Origin: Acidimicrobiales bacterium
Lineage (GTDB): Bacteria; Actinomycetota; Acidimicrobiia; Acidimicrobiales; CADCSY01
DNA: 64,000 nucleotides
Reading direction: 5' to 3'
Assembly (NCBI GenBank): GCA_035540955.1
Contig: DATLFP010000252.1
Span: 22,884 to 86,883, forward strand
In this document: positions 48,333 through 57,682 of the stretch, piece by piece
Numbering within the stretch: the first letter of the stretch is position 1
Layout of the letters: every line of letters starts with the position of its first letter
Notes under the pieces: model-generated
Told to the model about the DNA's origin: nothing
Databases searched by the model: none
Seen by the model: the letters and a program-made list of their open reading frames with translations, nothing else
Made by a program: the position numbers and the translations under genes

Positions 48333-50066
48333 CTACGCCCGGGTCCCGGCCCCCCGTGGCGTGGTGCGGGTCAGCCAGCGCTCGGCGTGGCGGAGGCGGC
48401 GCTCGAGCTGCTCGAGGGTGGCGTCGGCGATCCGGCCGACCCCGGCCAGCCGGTTGAGCTCGTTGTTGACCTGCGCGTGGCCGAGCCCCGTGCGCTGCAC
48501 GAGCATCCGCGTCGACACCGCGTTCGCGTCGCGGAGCTCGCGCCGCTTCGCGACGCGCGAGAACGTCGGCGCCGCTCCCGGAAGCGCGGGCGCGCCCGGT
48601 AGCGGCGGCAGGTCGAGGGTGAGGCCGTCGTCGTCGAGCTCGCCGGCCGGCGCGGTGTCGAGCAGCCACGCCGGCTGCTCGTGCTCGACGCCGTCGCCGA
48701 GGGCGATCGCCGAGATGGCGGCGAAGAGCGAGAGCTGCTCCTCGTTGCCGCTTCGCATCGCTTCCCGCTCGGCTCGATCGCGCTCGGCGCGGCGCAGTGA
48801 GTGGCGGCGGAGGTCGGTCAGCTGGTGGGCGCGAGCGCGGAGCCGGGCGTCGTCGGGGATGAAGAGGAAGGCGGGCTGTTGGGGACCGAGCGCCGCGGTC
48901 CACCGGACCAGACGGCCGACTGCCTGGCGGAAGAAGAGCTCGGTGGTGGTGGTCGTGGCGAAGACCCCGACCCGCAAGCGGGGGATGTCGACCCCTTCGG
49001 ACACCATGCGGACCGCAACGATCCACGGCGTGCTGCCGAGCGCGAACTCGTCGATCCGGGCCGACGCGGTCGGATCGTCGGAGGTGACGACGACGGCGTC
49101 GGTCCGCACTCGCTCCCGGAGGATCCGGGCGATGTCGCGGGCGTGGTCTTGGTCGACGGCGATCACGAGGCCCCCGGCCTCCGGCTGCACCTCCCGGATC
49201 TCCCGGAGCTGCTCGTGGGCGCGGAGGAGGACGGTGGGCAGCCACTCGCCGTCGGCACTGAGGGCCGTGCGCAACCGCTGGGCGGCGCGGTCACGGTCGA
49301 GGGCGTCGGCGAAGGTCGCCTCGTGGAGCGAGCCGTCCGGCGCCGTCCACTCCATGTGCCCATCGATCCTCGGGAAGTAGACGGGGCGGACGACGCCGCC
49401 GTCGCGGAGCGCCTCGCCGTAGCCGTACTCGTAGTCGGCCGCCGCCTCGTCCTGCACGTAGCGGACGAACGGGATGCCGCGCGTGTCGCTGCGGAACGGC
49501 GTGCCGCTCAGCGAGAGCCGTCGCGGCGCGTCGGCGAAGGCGTCGACGAGCGCGTCGCCCCACGCTCGCTCGTCGGCGGCGTGGTGGACCTCGTCGAGGA
49601 TCACGAACGACCGCCGGGCGAGAGCGGCGATCGGCGCCGCGGACGCCGCCACCTGCTGGTAGGTCGTCACGAGGCCGTGCAGATCACCGGTCAGGCCGTT
49701 GCGCGGCGACCAACCGGGATCGAGGGCGAGGTCGAAGCGGGCCGCGGCCTGCGACCACTGCGACCGCAGGTGAGCGGTGGGCGTCACGACGATCACCCGC
49801 TCCGCCTGGCTGGTGGCGAGCGCGTGGTGGGCGGCGGTGAGCGCGAACGTCGTCTTCCCCGCGCCTGGGGTGGCGACGGCGAGGAAGTCGGCGTCCGGGC
49901 TCGTCGCCAGGCGCTCCAGCGCTGCCTTCTGCCAGGGTCGGAGTCGGATCGAGCGAGCCACGGGGAGGAGGTCCCGGCCGAACCGCCCAGCCGGGAGCCG
50001 TCGATGATGCCAGGTCGTCGCGAGGGCGTCGCGCACCGGTCGGGAGCGACCGGGGGCGGCGGGCAC
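48333..50066 (-). CDS. superfamily-2 DEAD/DEAH-box (ResIII-type) helicase
   Basis: Walker A ATPGAGKTTFAL, motif II VILDEVHHAA, SGTPFRSD, helicase C block VRMVSEGVDIPRL, Arg finger QAVGRLVR. Start is uncertain (GTG 50066 or GTG 50036). Confidence 0.8.
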   Translation of the reverse strand: MPAAPGRSRPVRDALATTWHHRRLPAGRFGRDLLPVARSIRLRPWQKAALERLATSPDADFLAVATPGAGKTTFALTAAHHALATSQAERVIVVTPTAHLRSQWSQAAARFDLALDPGWSPRNGLTGDLHGLVTTYQQVAASAAPIAALARRSFVILDEVHHAADERAWGDALVDAFADAPRRLSLSGTPFRSDTRGIPFVRYVQDEAAADYEYGYGEALRDGGVVRPVYFPRIDGHMEWTAPDGSLHEATFADALDRDRAAQRLRTALSADGEWLPTVLLRAHEQLREIREVQPEAGGLVIAVDQDHARDIARILRERVRTDAVVVTSDDPTASARIDEFALGSTPWIVAVRMVSEGVDIPRLRVGVFATTTTTELFFRQAVGRLVRWTAALGPQQPAFLFIPDDARLRARAHQLTDLRRHSLRRAERDRAEREAMRSGNEEQLSLFAAISAIALGDGVEHEQPAWLLDTAPAGELDDDGLTLDLPPLPGAPALPGAAPTFSRVAKRRELRDANAVSTRMLVQRTGLGHAQVNNELNRLAGVGRIADATLEQLERRLRHAERWLTRTTPRGAGTRA

Positions 50067-50079
50067 TTACGCTGGCGCC

Positions 50080-50766
50080 ATGGTCGATCCGGTCATCCCC
50101 AGCGAGGGCTGGGGGGTCCTGCACCTGTTCTGCCGGCGAGGTCCGGCGACCGACGGCGCCGCGATCGCCGCGGCGGTCAAGGCCGCCATCGGTCCCGGCG
50201 ACCACCAGGTCATCCCGGTGGCCATCCTCGGCCACAAGGCCGACGTCGCCTTCCTCGCCATCGGTCCCGACCTGTGGCGCTTGCGACAGCTCCAGACCGA
50301 CCTGCAGCACGCCGGGCTCGACATCCGCGACTCCTATCTTTCGCTCACCGAGGTGTCGGAGTACTCGGCCAACGTCCCGGAGAAGCAGAAGCAGGCCCGC
50401 CTCTTCCCGACCCTGCCACCGGAGGGGATGTCGTCGTGGTGCTTCTATCCGATGTCGAAGCGCCGCAACGTCGACCAGAACTGGTTCACGCTGCCGTACG
50501 AGGAGCGGCTCGAGCTGATGTACGAGCACGGCACGTCGGGCCGGAAGTTCGCCGGTCGCATCGTGCAGCTGGTGACCGGCTCGACCGGCCTCGACGACTT
50601 CGAGTGGGGGGTGACGCTCTTCGGGCGGCACCCCGACGACCTCAAGGAGTGCGTCTACACGATGCGGTTCGATGCTGCGTCCGCCCACTATGCGGAGTTC
50701 GGCCCCTTCTACAGCGGACTGGTGGCGCCGCTCGACGACGTCCTCGCCCGCGCCGGAATCGTCTGA
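50080..50766 (+). CDS. hemQ: chlorite-dismutase-family coproheme decarboxylase (HemQ/ChdC)
   Basis: GWGVLHLF, WCFYPMSKRR, NWFTLPYEERLELMYEHG, VTGSTGLDDFEWGVTLF, CVYTMRFD. Confidence 0.85.
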   Translation: MVDPVIPSEGWGVLHLFCRRGPATDGAAIAAAVKAAIGPGDHQVIPVAILGHKADVAFLAIGPDLWRLRQLQTDLQHAGLDIRDSYLSLTEVSEYSANVPEKQKQARLFPTLPPEGMSSWCFYPMSKRRNVDQNWFTLPYEERLELMYEHGTSGRKFAGRIVQLVTGSTGLDDFEWGVTLFGRHPDDLKECVYTMRFDAASAHYAEFGPFYSGLVAPLDDVLARAGIV

Positions 50767-50789
50767 TCCGTCGCGTACGCTCCCGCGCC

Positions 50790-52067
50790 TTGCTGAGACG
50801 GCTGCTGCTCTTCGTCTTTGCCCTCCTGTGCGCCTTCGGCGCGCTCGGCGACGTCGCGGCGGCGCAGGAGGAGGACTCGGAGCCCTGGTCGGTCGGGGGC
50901 ACCCAGCTCGATCCCGATCGCGAGCCCATCGAGGGCGTGGTCATCACCGTCTACACGGTCGACGGTGAGGAGCTGGGATCCGATGTCACCGCCGCCGATG
51001 GCACCTGGAACGTCGAGCTGCCGGGGCCGGGCAACTACGTGGCCGAGCTCGACACCAGCACGCTGCCCGACGACGTCGCGCTCCGCAACGAGGACAACAA
51101 CCCGCTCTCCTTCACGGTGCGCACGCTCGGTCGGCCGAAGATCATCGCGTTCGCGACTGGCGAGGACACCAGGGCCACCGTCGCCGTGTGGCGCAAGCTC
51201 CTGCAGCTCGCGGTCGATGGCGTCAAGTTCGGTCTGATCATCGCGATGGCGTCGATGGGCCTGTCGCTGATCTTCGGCACCACCGGCCTCACCAACTTCG
51301 CGCACGGGGAGCTCGTCACGTGGGGCGCGCTCGTCGCCTGGTACGTGAACGTGCGCATCGGCTGGCACCTGGTGCCGGCGGCGATCGTTGCCGTGATCAT
51401 CGGCGGGATCACCGGAGGGTTGCTGGACCGCCTCCTGTGGCGGCCGCTGCGGAGCCGGGGCACCGGGCTGATCGCCATGCTGGTCGTCTCGATCGGTCTG
51501 TCGCTCCTGGTCCGCTACATCTTCCTGTTCCAGTTCGGCGGCCGGACCCGCGGGTTCAAGGAGTACGCGGTGCAGCGGGCCTGGGACCTCGGCCCCATCG
51601 GCGTGGCGCCGAAGGACCTGTTCTCGATCGTCCTGTCCGTCGTCGTCCTCGTGCTCGTCGCCCTCGGCCTCCAGCGCACCCGGGCCGGCAAGGCGATGCG
51701 CGCCGTCGCCGACAACCCCGACCTGGCGTCGTCGTCGGGGATCGACGTGCAGCGGGTGATCCTGCTCGTCTGGATGTTCGGCGCCGGGCTCGCCGCCCTC
51801 GGCGGGATCCTCCTCGCCATGAGCGAGCAAGCCAGCTTCCAGATGGGCTTCCAGCTCCTGCTGTTGATGTTCGCGGCCGTCGTCCTCGGCGGTCTCGGCA
51901 CGGCCTACGGCGCGCTCGTCGGCGGCCTGGTGGTCGGCATGATGATCCAGCTCTCGACGTACTGGATCCCGAGTGAGATGAAGAACGTCGGCGCCCTGTT
52001 CGTGCTGATCGTCATCCTCGTCATCCGCCCGCAGGGCATCCTCGGTTCGAAGGAGCGCATCGGCTGA
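50790..52067 (+). CDS. livH: branched-chain amino acid ABC transporter permease (LivH type) with about 133-aa N-terminal secreted extension
   Basis: ORF 48801..52067 trimmed to TTG 50790, just after the hemQ stop. Signal peptide LRRLLLFVFALLCAFGALGDVAAA, then a beta-rich module (GVVITVYTVDGEELGSDVTAADGTWNVELPGPGNYV), then the permease core (GLSLIFGTTGLTNFAHGE). Confidence 0.8.
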   Translation: MLRRLLLFVFALLCAFGALGDVAAAQEEDSEPWSVGGTQLDPDREPIEGVVITVYTVDGEELGSDVTAADGTWNVELPGPGNYVAELDTSTLPDDVALRNEDNNPLSFTVRTLGRPKIIAFATGEDTRATVAVWRKLLQLAVDGVKFGLIIAMASMGLSLIFGTTGLTNFAHGELVTWGALVAWYVNVRIGWHLVPAAIVAVIIGGITGGLLDRLLWRPLRSRGTGLIAMLVVSIGLSLLVRYIFLFQFGGRTRGFKEYAVQRAWDLGPIGVAPKDLFSIVLSVVVLVLVALGLQRTRAGKAMRAVADNPDLASSSGIDVQRVILLVWMFGAGLAALGGILLAMSEQASFQMGFQLLLLMFAAVVLGGLGTAYGALVGGLVVGMMIQLSTYWIPSEMKNVGALFVLIVILVIRPQGILGSKERIG

Positions 52068-53059
52068 TGGACTGGGAGAGCATCATCCGCAACGCCCTCC
52101 GGGCCGGCGTCAACCTCGATGCCGCGGCGTATGCACTGGCCGCCATCGGCCTCAACATGCACTTCGGCTACACGGGGCTCCTCAACTTCGGTCAGGTCGG
52201 GTTCATGGCGGTCGGCGCCTACAGCGTCGCCATCACGGTGAACGAGCTCGGCCTGTCGATGTGGCTCGGCCTGCCGATCGGGATCCTCGGGGCGATCGTC
52301 TTCGCCCTGCTCCTCGGCCTGCCGACCCTGCGGTTGCGAGCCGACTACCTGGCCATCGTCACGATCGCGTCGGCCGAGATCTTCCGGCTCGTCGTCCGCG
52401 CCGCGTCGCTTCGGGAGGTCACGGGGGGGTCGTCGGGCATGACGCAGTTCGCCCGCGACTTCTACGCCGTCAACCCGTTCAGCCGGGGCACCTACGGGTT
52501 CTGGCACTTCCAGTTCGACGAACGCCGGTTCTGGTTGCTGCTCGTGGTGTGGTCGCTGATCGCGGTCGTCGCCACCGTCGTGTTCCTCCTGATGCGCAGC
52601 CCGTGGGGGCGGGTGATCAAGGCCATCCGCGAGGACGAGGACGCCGCTCGATCGCTGGGCAAGAACGTCTACTGGTACAAGATGCAAAGCCTGATCTTCG
52701 GTGGGATCTGCGGCGCGTTCGCCGGCTTCGCGTTCGCCATCGGCACCCAGTCGGTGCAGCCCGACACCTACTCGAGCCCGGTGACGTTCTTCGCGCTCAC
52801 CGCGCTGATCCTGGGCGGCATGGCTCGGGTCGTCGGACCGATCATCGGCTCGGTGATGTTCTGGATGCTGCTCGCCTTCAGCGACAGCTTCCTTCGCCAG
52901 GCCGTGAACGCCGGGCACATCTCGACCTCGATCATGGACTCGAACCAGGTCGGGCAGGTGCGGTTCATGCTGGTCGGCCTCGCGCTCATGCTCCTGCCGA
53001 TCTTCCGACCACAGGGGGTCCTCGGCGACCGAAGGGAGATCGATCTCGATGCCCGCTGA
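52067..53059 (+). CDS. livM: branched-chain amino acid ABC transporter permease (LivM type)
   Basis: ATG shares one nt with the livH TGA. GLNMHFGYTGLLNFGQVGFMAVGAY, RLRADYLAIVTIASAEIFR, REDEDAARSLG. Confidence 0.85.
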   Translation: MDWESIIRNALRAGVNLDAAAYALAAIGLNMHFGYTGLLNFGQVGFMAVGAYSVAITVNELGLSMWLGLPIGILGAIVFALLLGLPTLRLRADYLAIVTIASAEIFRLVVRAASLREVTGGSSGMTQFARDFYAVNPFSRGTYGFWHFQFDERRFWLLLVVWSLIAVVATVVFLLMRSPWGRVIKAIREDEDAARSLGKNVYWYKMQSLIFGGICGAFAGFAFAIGTQSVQPDTYSSPVTFFALTALILGGMARVVGPIIGSVMFWMLLAFSDSFLRQAVNAGHISTSIMDSNQVGQVRFMLVGLALMLLPIFRPQGVLGDRREIDLDAR

Positions 53060-53939
53060 CGTGCTGGCCGGCGTCGAGCCCGTGCCCGGAGTGGCCAAGC
53101 CGGACGCCATCCTCGTGGCCGACGACGTGCGCCGGACCTTCGGGGGCCTCACCGCCGTCGACGTCGAGCACGTCGAGTTCCAGCGGGGCATGATCACCGC
53201 CCTCATCGGGCCCAACGGCGCCGGGAAGACGACGTTCTTCAACCTCCTCACCGGCTTCGACAAGCCCGACTTCGGGTCCTGGACCTTCGACGGGCAGCGC
53301 ATGGCCGGGCTGCCCGCCCACCGGGTCGCCCGTCAGGGGATGGTCCGGACCTTCCAGCTCACCAAGGCGCTCGCCCGCCTGCCCGTGATCGAGAACATGA
53401 AGCTGGGCGCCACGTCGCAGTCCGGCGAGAGCATCCTGCGGGCGCTGCTGCCCTCCACGTGGCGGAGCCAGGAGCGGGAGATCGAGGCGCGGGCCGAAGA
53501 CCTGCTCGAGCGATTCAAGCTGGCCCACATGCGCGACGAGTTCGCGGGCACGCTCTCCGGCGGTCAGCGCAAGCTCCTGGAGATGGCGCGGGCGCTGATG
53601 ACCCGACCCAAGCTGGTCATGCTCGACGAGCCGATGGCCGGCGTGAACCCGGCGCTGACGCAGTCGCTGCTCGGGCACGTGAAGGACCTGCGGAACGAGG
53701 GGATGACCGTGGTCTTCGTCGAGCACGACATGGATGTCGTGTACGACATCAGCGACTGGGTCGTCGTCATGGCCGAGGGCCGGATCATCGCCGAGGGGCC
53801 GCCGCAGGTCATCGGGGCCAACCAGCAGGTGATCGACGCCTACCTCGGCGCCCACCACGACGCCCCGCAGACCGAGGCCGAGGAGGCCCGGCAGCTCGCC
53901 GCGGCCGAGGCGATCATCGAAGAGGAAGAGGGCACATGA
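53049..53939 (+). CDS. livG: ABC transporter ATP-binding protein (LivG type)
   Basis: Walker A GPNGAGKTT, signature LSGGQRKLLEMARAL, Walker B LVMLDEP, C-terminal branched-chain extension (VIDAYLG). Confidence 0.9.
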   Translation: MPADVLAGVEPVPGVAKPDAILVADDVRRTFGGLTAVDVEHVEFQRGMITALIGPNGAGKTTFFNLLTGFDKPDFGSWTFDGQRMAGLPAHRVARQGMVRTFQLTKALARLPVIENMKLGATSQSGESILRALLPSTWRSQEREIEARAEDLLERFKLAHMRDEFAGTLSGGQRKLLEMARALMTRPKLVMLDEPMAGVNPALTQSLLGHVKDLRNEGMTVVFVEHDMDVVYDISDWVVVMAEGRIIAEGPPQVIGANQQVIDAYLGAHHDAPQTEAEEARQLAAAEAIIEEEEGT

Positions 53940-54667
53940 CCGGCGAGCTGCTGCTGAAGGCCGACAACCTCGTCGCCGGTTACGTGCCCGAGGTGAACAT
54001 CCTCAACGGTTGCTCGCTCGAGCTCTATGCCGGCGAGCTCGTCGGGGTCATCGGCCCGAACGGGGCCGGCAAGTCGACCCTCCTCAAGTCGCTCTTCGGG
54101 CTCATCCCGGTCCGCAGCGGCACCGTCACGCTTCGCGACGCCGACATCACCGGTCGCAAGGCCCACGAGCTCGTGCAGCGGGGCGTGGGGTACGTGCCGC
54201 AGATCAACAACGTCTTCCCGCGGCTGACGGTCGAGGAGAACCTGCAGATGGGGCTGTACCTCGCCCCCAAGCGGTTCGACGAGCGCCTCGAGGTGGTCGC
54301 CTCGCTGTTCCCGCTGCTCGGCGAGCGGCGTAAGCAACGGGCGGGCTCGCTCTCCGGTGGCGAGCGCCAGATGGTGGCGATGGGTCGGGCGCTGATGATG
54401 GACCCGTCGGTGCTGTTGCTCGACGAGCCGTCCGCCGGCCTGTCGCCGGCGTACCAGGACGAGGTCTTCATCCGCTGCCGCCAGATCAACGGGACCGGCG
54501 TGTCCATCGTGATGGTCGAGCAGAACGCCCGCCGGTGCCTGCAGATCTGCCACCGGGGCTACGTGCTCGACCAGGGTGCCAACGCCTACACCGGCAGCGG
54601 CGACGATCTGCTCGGCGATCCCAAGGTCATCGAGCTGTACCTCGGCACGCTGGCCAAGGCCCGCTGA
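53936..54667 (+). CDS. livF: ABC transporter ATP-binding protein (LivF type)
   Basis: ORF 53459..54667 trimmed to ATG 53936 (ATGA overlap with livG). GPNGAGKSTL, LSGGERQMVAMGRAL, LLLDEPS, KVIELYLG. Confidence 0.9.
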   Translation: MTGELLLKADNLVAGYVPEVNILNGCSLELYAGELVGVIGPNGAGKSTLLKSLFGLIPVRSGTVTLRDADITGRKAHELVQRGVGYVPQINNVFPRLTVEENLQMGLYLAPKRFDERLEVVASLFPLLGERRKQRAGSLSGGERQMVAMGRALMMDPSVLLLDEPSAGLSPAYQDEVFIRCRQINGTGVSIVMVEQNARRCLQICHRGYVLDQGANAYTGSGDDLLGDPKVIELYLGTLAKAR

Positions 54668-54680
54668 GAGGCTGGCGGGT

Positions 54681-54974
54681 GTGAAGCACTGGCTGCTGTT
54701 CTACGACTACGTGCCGGACTACCTCGAGCGCCGAGGCGAGTTCCGGCCCGACCACTTCGCCCATGCCCAGGCGTTCCACGACCGGGGCGAGCTGGTGATG
54801 GCCGGCGCCTTCGCCGAGCCCGCCGACGGAGCCGTCCTGGTGTTCCGAGCCGAGTCGGCTGAGGTCGCCGAGCGCTTCGCGGGCGACGACCCGTACGTGC
54901 GCAACGGGCTGGTCACCGGGTGGCGCGTCCGTCGCTGGGTCATGGTGATGGGCGACGGCGCCGAACCCGTCTGA
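54681..54974 (+). CDS. YciI-like protein
   Basis: ORF 54576..54974 trimmed to GTG 54681. About 97 aa: WLLFYDYVPD...HFAHAQAFHDRGELVMAGAF...FAGDDPYVRNGLV, typical of the YciI/DGPF fold. Confidence 0.7.
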   Translation: MKHWLLFYDYVPDYLERRGEFRPDHFAHAQAFHDRGELVMAGAFAEPADGAVLVFRAESAEVAERFAGDDPYVRNGLVTGWRVRRWVMVMGDGAEPV

Positions 54975-54987
54975 GACGGCACGCGAA

Positions 54988-55013
54988 GAGGCCCGCCCCG
55001 GAGGGCGGGCCTC
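54988..55013. terminator. bidirectional stem-loop terminator
   Basis: GAGGCCCGCCC-cgga-GGGCGGGCCTC, an 11-bp perfect GC-rich stem with a 4-nt loop, between the convergent stops at 54974 (+) and 55044 (-). Confidence 0.7.
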
Positions 55014-55043
55014 GTCACGTATCGGTGGTGCTGGTCGTCTGCG

Positions 55044-56339
55044 CTAGGCGCCGGCGACGCGGTACTCGAGGGTGTCGAGCGTGTTCTCCTCGTTGAACAC
55101 GAGGATGCCGAAGCTGGCCTGCCCGGGGTCACCGACGTCGTTGAAGTCGATGGGGCCCGAGACGCCCTCGTAGTCGATCTCCTCACCATCGGCGAGGAGG
55201 TCAGCGCACTCCTGGAAGGAGGAGCACTGGGTGCCGCCGGGGCCCGAGACGTTGATCATCTCGGCGGCGATCGCGGTGGGATCGTCGGTCCCGGCCGCCA
55301 CCGCGGCGAGGGCGACCACCATGACGGCGTCGTAGGACTCGGCTGCGTAGTTGAAGTCGACCAGGTTGGCGTCGACGGCCAGCAGGCGGTCCTTGAAGTC
55401 GTCGCTGAGCTCGACGAGCGGGGTCGTGCCCTTCATGCCGGCGAGGGCGCCGGGGCTGCTGGCGAGCTGCTCGCCGAGGGCGTTGCCCATGTTGCCGTCG
55501 GTGCCATAGACGTTCTTGTCGCCGGGGCCGACGCCCTTCTCGATCATCGTGCTGATGACGCGAGCCGACTCGTCGAAGCCGATGAGGAGGATGGCGTCGG
55601 GATCGGCGTTGACCATGGCCTCGACCTCAGCGTCGAAGTTCTGGGCGTTGGGGTCGTAGATGCGGGTCTCGACGACCTCGCCACCGGCATCGGTGATGGC
55701 GGCGGTGACGTCCTCGGCCAGGCCCTCGCCGTACGGATCCTGGAGGGCCAGGATGCCGACGGTCTGGTTGCCGTCCTCGATGATGATCTCACCCAGCACC
55801 TGGCCCTGCAGGATGTCGGAGGGGGCGGTGCGGAAGTAGAGGCCGTCGTCGTCGTACTCCGAGAGCGACTTGGCCGTGTTGGCCGGCGACACCTGGAGCA
55901 CGCCCGCGCCGGTGATCTTGTCGATGACCGTGAGCGTCACGCCCGAGGACGCGGCGCCGATGATGGCGTCGACGTTCTCGCCGAGCAGGCGGTCGACCGT
56001 CTGGTTCGCGATGTCGGTGGACGTGTCGCCGGAGTCGCCGTGGACGACCACGACGTCGTTGCCGAGCACGCCGCCGGCCTCGTTGATCTCCTGGATCGCC
56101 AGGTCAACGCCCGCGAACTCGGGTGGGCCGAGGAAGGCGAGCGAGCCCGTCTCGGGCAGCAGCGTGCCGATGGTCAGGGTGCCGTCGCCACCCCCGCTCG
56201 AACCGTCGCCGTCACCGCTCGCCGCGGTCGTGGTGGTGCCGGCACTTGTGTCGTCGTCGTCGTCACCGCACGCCGCCGCGATGAGCGTCAGTGCGAAGAT
56301 CAGCGCGAGGAGCCGCCAAAGCGGATTCCGTCGGGTCAA
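55044..56339 (-). CDS. branched-chain amino acid ABC transporter substrate-binding lipoprotein (LivK/type I PBP)
   Basis: ORF 55044..56540 trimmed to TTG 56339 (AAGGAG 8 nt upstream). Lipobox LTLIAAACG, acidic/Gly-Ser linker, then TIGTLLPETGSLAFLGPPEFAGVDLAIQEINEAGGVLG. Confidence 0.85.
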   Translation of the reverse strand: MTRRNPLWRLLALIFALTLIAAACGDDDDDTSAGTTTTAASGDGDGSSGGGDGTLTIGTLLPETGSLAFLGPPEFAGVDLAIQEINEAGGVLGNDVVVVHGDSGDTSTDIANQTVDRLLGENVDAIIGAASSGVTLTVIDKITGAGVLQVSPANTAKSLSEYDDDGLYFRTAPSDILQGQVLGEIIIEDGNQTVGILALQDPYGEGLAEDVTAAITDAGGEVVETRIYDPNAQNFDAEVEAMVNADPDAILLIGFDESARVISTMIEKGVGPGDKNVYGTDGNMGNALGEQLASSPGALAGMKGTTPLVELSDDFKDRLLAVDANLVDFNYAAESYDAVMVVALAAVAAGTDDPTAIAAEMINVSGPGGTQCSSFQECADLLADGEEIDYEGVSGPIDFNDVGDPGQASFGILVFNEENTLDTLEYRVAGA

Positions 56340-56567
56340 TGGACCGTCTCCTTGATGGGGTCTGGGACCGCGCCGAGCAGCGAACCGATCGGCGCGAACC
56401 GTTGAGGTTACGCATGGGTAACGGGGTCGTCTATGCACCCCGGGTTGCCGTCTCGTGAAGCCGTGGCTCCCCGCTCGATGGCGGCCATCCCGGAAGAACT
56501 GCCCAACGTGGCCGCTCTGCCGCCCTCTATCGGTTGACAATACATCGAAAGATGATAGAGATGACGG

Positions 56568-56912
56568 ATGGCCGATCCGTCATCGCATCTTCCGCTCCCC
56601 CAGGCGCAGTTCCACGTGCTCGTCGCGCTCACCGAGGGCGAGCGTCACGGCTACGCGATCATGCAATCGGTCGAAGCGACCTCCGGCGGCGTGGTCCGGA
56701 TGGGCCCGGCGACCCTCTACGGGACGCTCAAGCGCCTCGTCGAGGAGGGCCTGGCAGAGGAGCTGCCGTACCGCCCGGCGCCCGATGACGACCAGCGCCG
56801 TCGCTACTACCGGCTGACCGCGTTCGGCCAGCAGGTGTGCGCCGCCGAAGCGGCGCGACTGGCGAGCCTCGTGCGGGTCGCCCGCGCCAACCTCCGACCG
56901 GGGGTCGCGTGA
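56568..56912 (+). CDS. PadR family transcriptional regulator
   Basis: Winged-helix core FHVLVALTEGERHGYAIMQSVEATSGGVVRMGPATLYGTLKRLVEEGL. Confidence 0.85.
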   Translation: MADPSSHLPLPQAQFHVLVALTEGERHGYAIMQSVEATSGGVVRMGPATLYGTLKRLVEEGLAEELPYRPAPDDDQRRRYYRLTAFGQQVCAAEAARLASLVRVARANLRPGVA

Positions 56913-57670
56913 CCTCGCCGCGGTCGGCGCGCACGTATGCGGCGCTCGTGCGCCTCTATCCGCCGTCGTTCCGTCAGCACTACGGCAACGACCTCGTGCA
57001 GCACTTCCGCGATCTCGCGTCCGACCGCGGCATCCGAGCGGCGTGGACTCGCTCGGCGCTCGACCTGCTCGTCACCGTGCCCCGCTACCGACTGGAGACC
57101 ATCATGCACTCGCGACTGAGCAGCGCCGTCCTCGGCGTCACGATCGTGCTCCTCGCCACCGCCGGCATCGTGAGCGTCGTTGTCGGGCTGATGCCCGGCG
57201 TCGCCTTCCTCGCGCTGGCTGTCGCCCTCGCCTCCGGACAACGCAGCCGGCTGGCGCGTGCCATCAGGGTGCCGGACGAGGACCGCCGCCGCCGTCGGTT
57301 CTGGATGGCGACGGCACTCGCGATCGTCTTCCTCGCCACGCTGGTGAGCTACGCGGCCGAGAGCAGGGGTGAGGAGATCGGCGATGCCAGCCTGCTGCTC
57401 CACAACGCGGTCGGGCTCGCGGCGATGGTGGGCGCCCTCACCTTCCTCGTCCTCGGCCTGGCGACGCCCCGCTCCGGCGGGCGGCCCTGGCTGCCGGCGG
57501 GCATCACCGCGCTGGCCGTCGCCCTCGCGATCCCCGCCATCGACGGCGGCGAGCTGAGCGAGGGCTGGTGGATGGTCATGGCGGTCGCCGGCGTGGCCGG
57601 GATCGGCCTCGTGGTGGCCGCCGCGCTCGCCGCCTACACGGCGACGCCCACCGGGGCCGTCAGGGGCTGA
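56909..57670 (+). CDS. membrane protein co-transcribed with padR
   Basis: ORF 56837..57670 trimmed to GTG 56909 (GTGA overlap with the padR stop). N-terminal soluble segment (YAALVRLYPPSFRQHYGNDLVQHF), then 5-6 hydrophobic helices. This architecture is often found next to PadR regulators. Confidence 0.6.
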   Translation: MTSPRSARTYAALVRLYPPSFRQHYGNDLVQHFRDLASDRGIRAAWTRSALDLLVTVPRYRLETIMHSRLSSAVLGVTIVLLATAGIVSVVVGLMPGVAFLALAVALASGQRSRLARAIRVPDEDRRRRRFWMATALAIVFLATLVSYAAESRGEEIGDASLLLHNAVGLAAMVGALTFLVLGLATPRSGGRPWLPAGITALAVALAIPAIDGGELSEGWWMVMAVAGVAGIGLVVAAALAAYTATPTGAVRG

Positions 57671-57682
57671 GCCCGCTCGCGC

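Noticed and set aside
48801-50789. Long 5' extension of the livH ORF (1088-aa ORF 48801..52067)
   Set aside because: The extension is antisense to the helicase and overlaps hemQ in another frame. A good signal peptide starts at TTG 50790, right after the hemQ stop, so only 50790..52067 is called.
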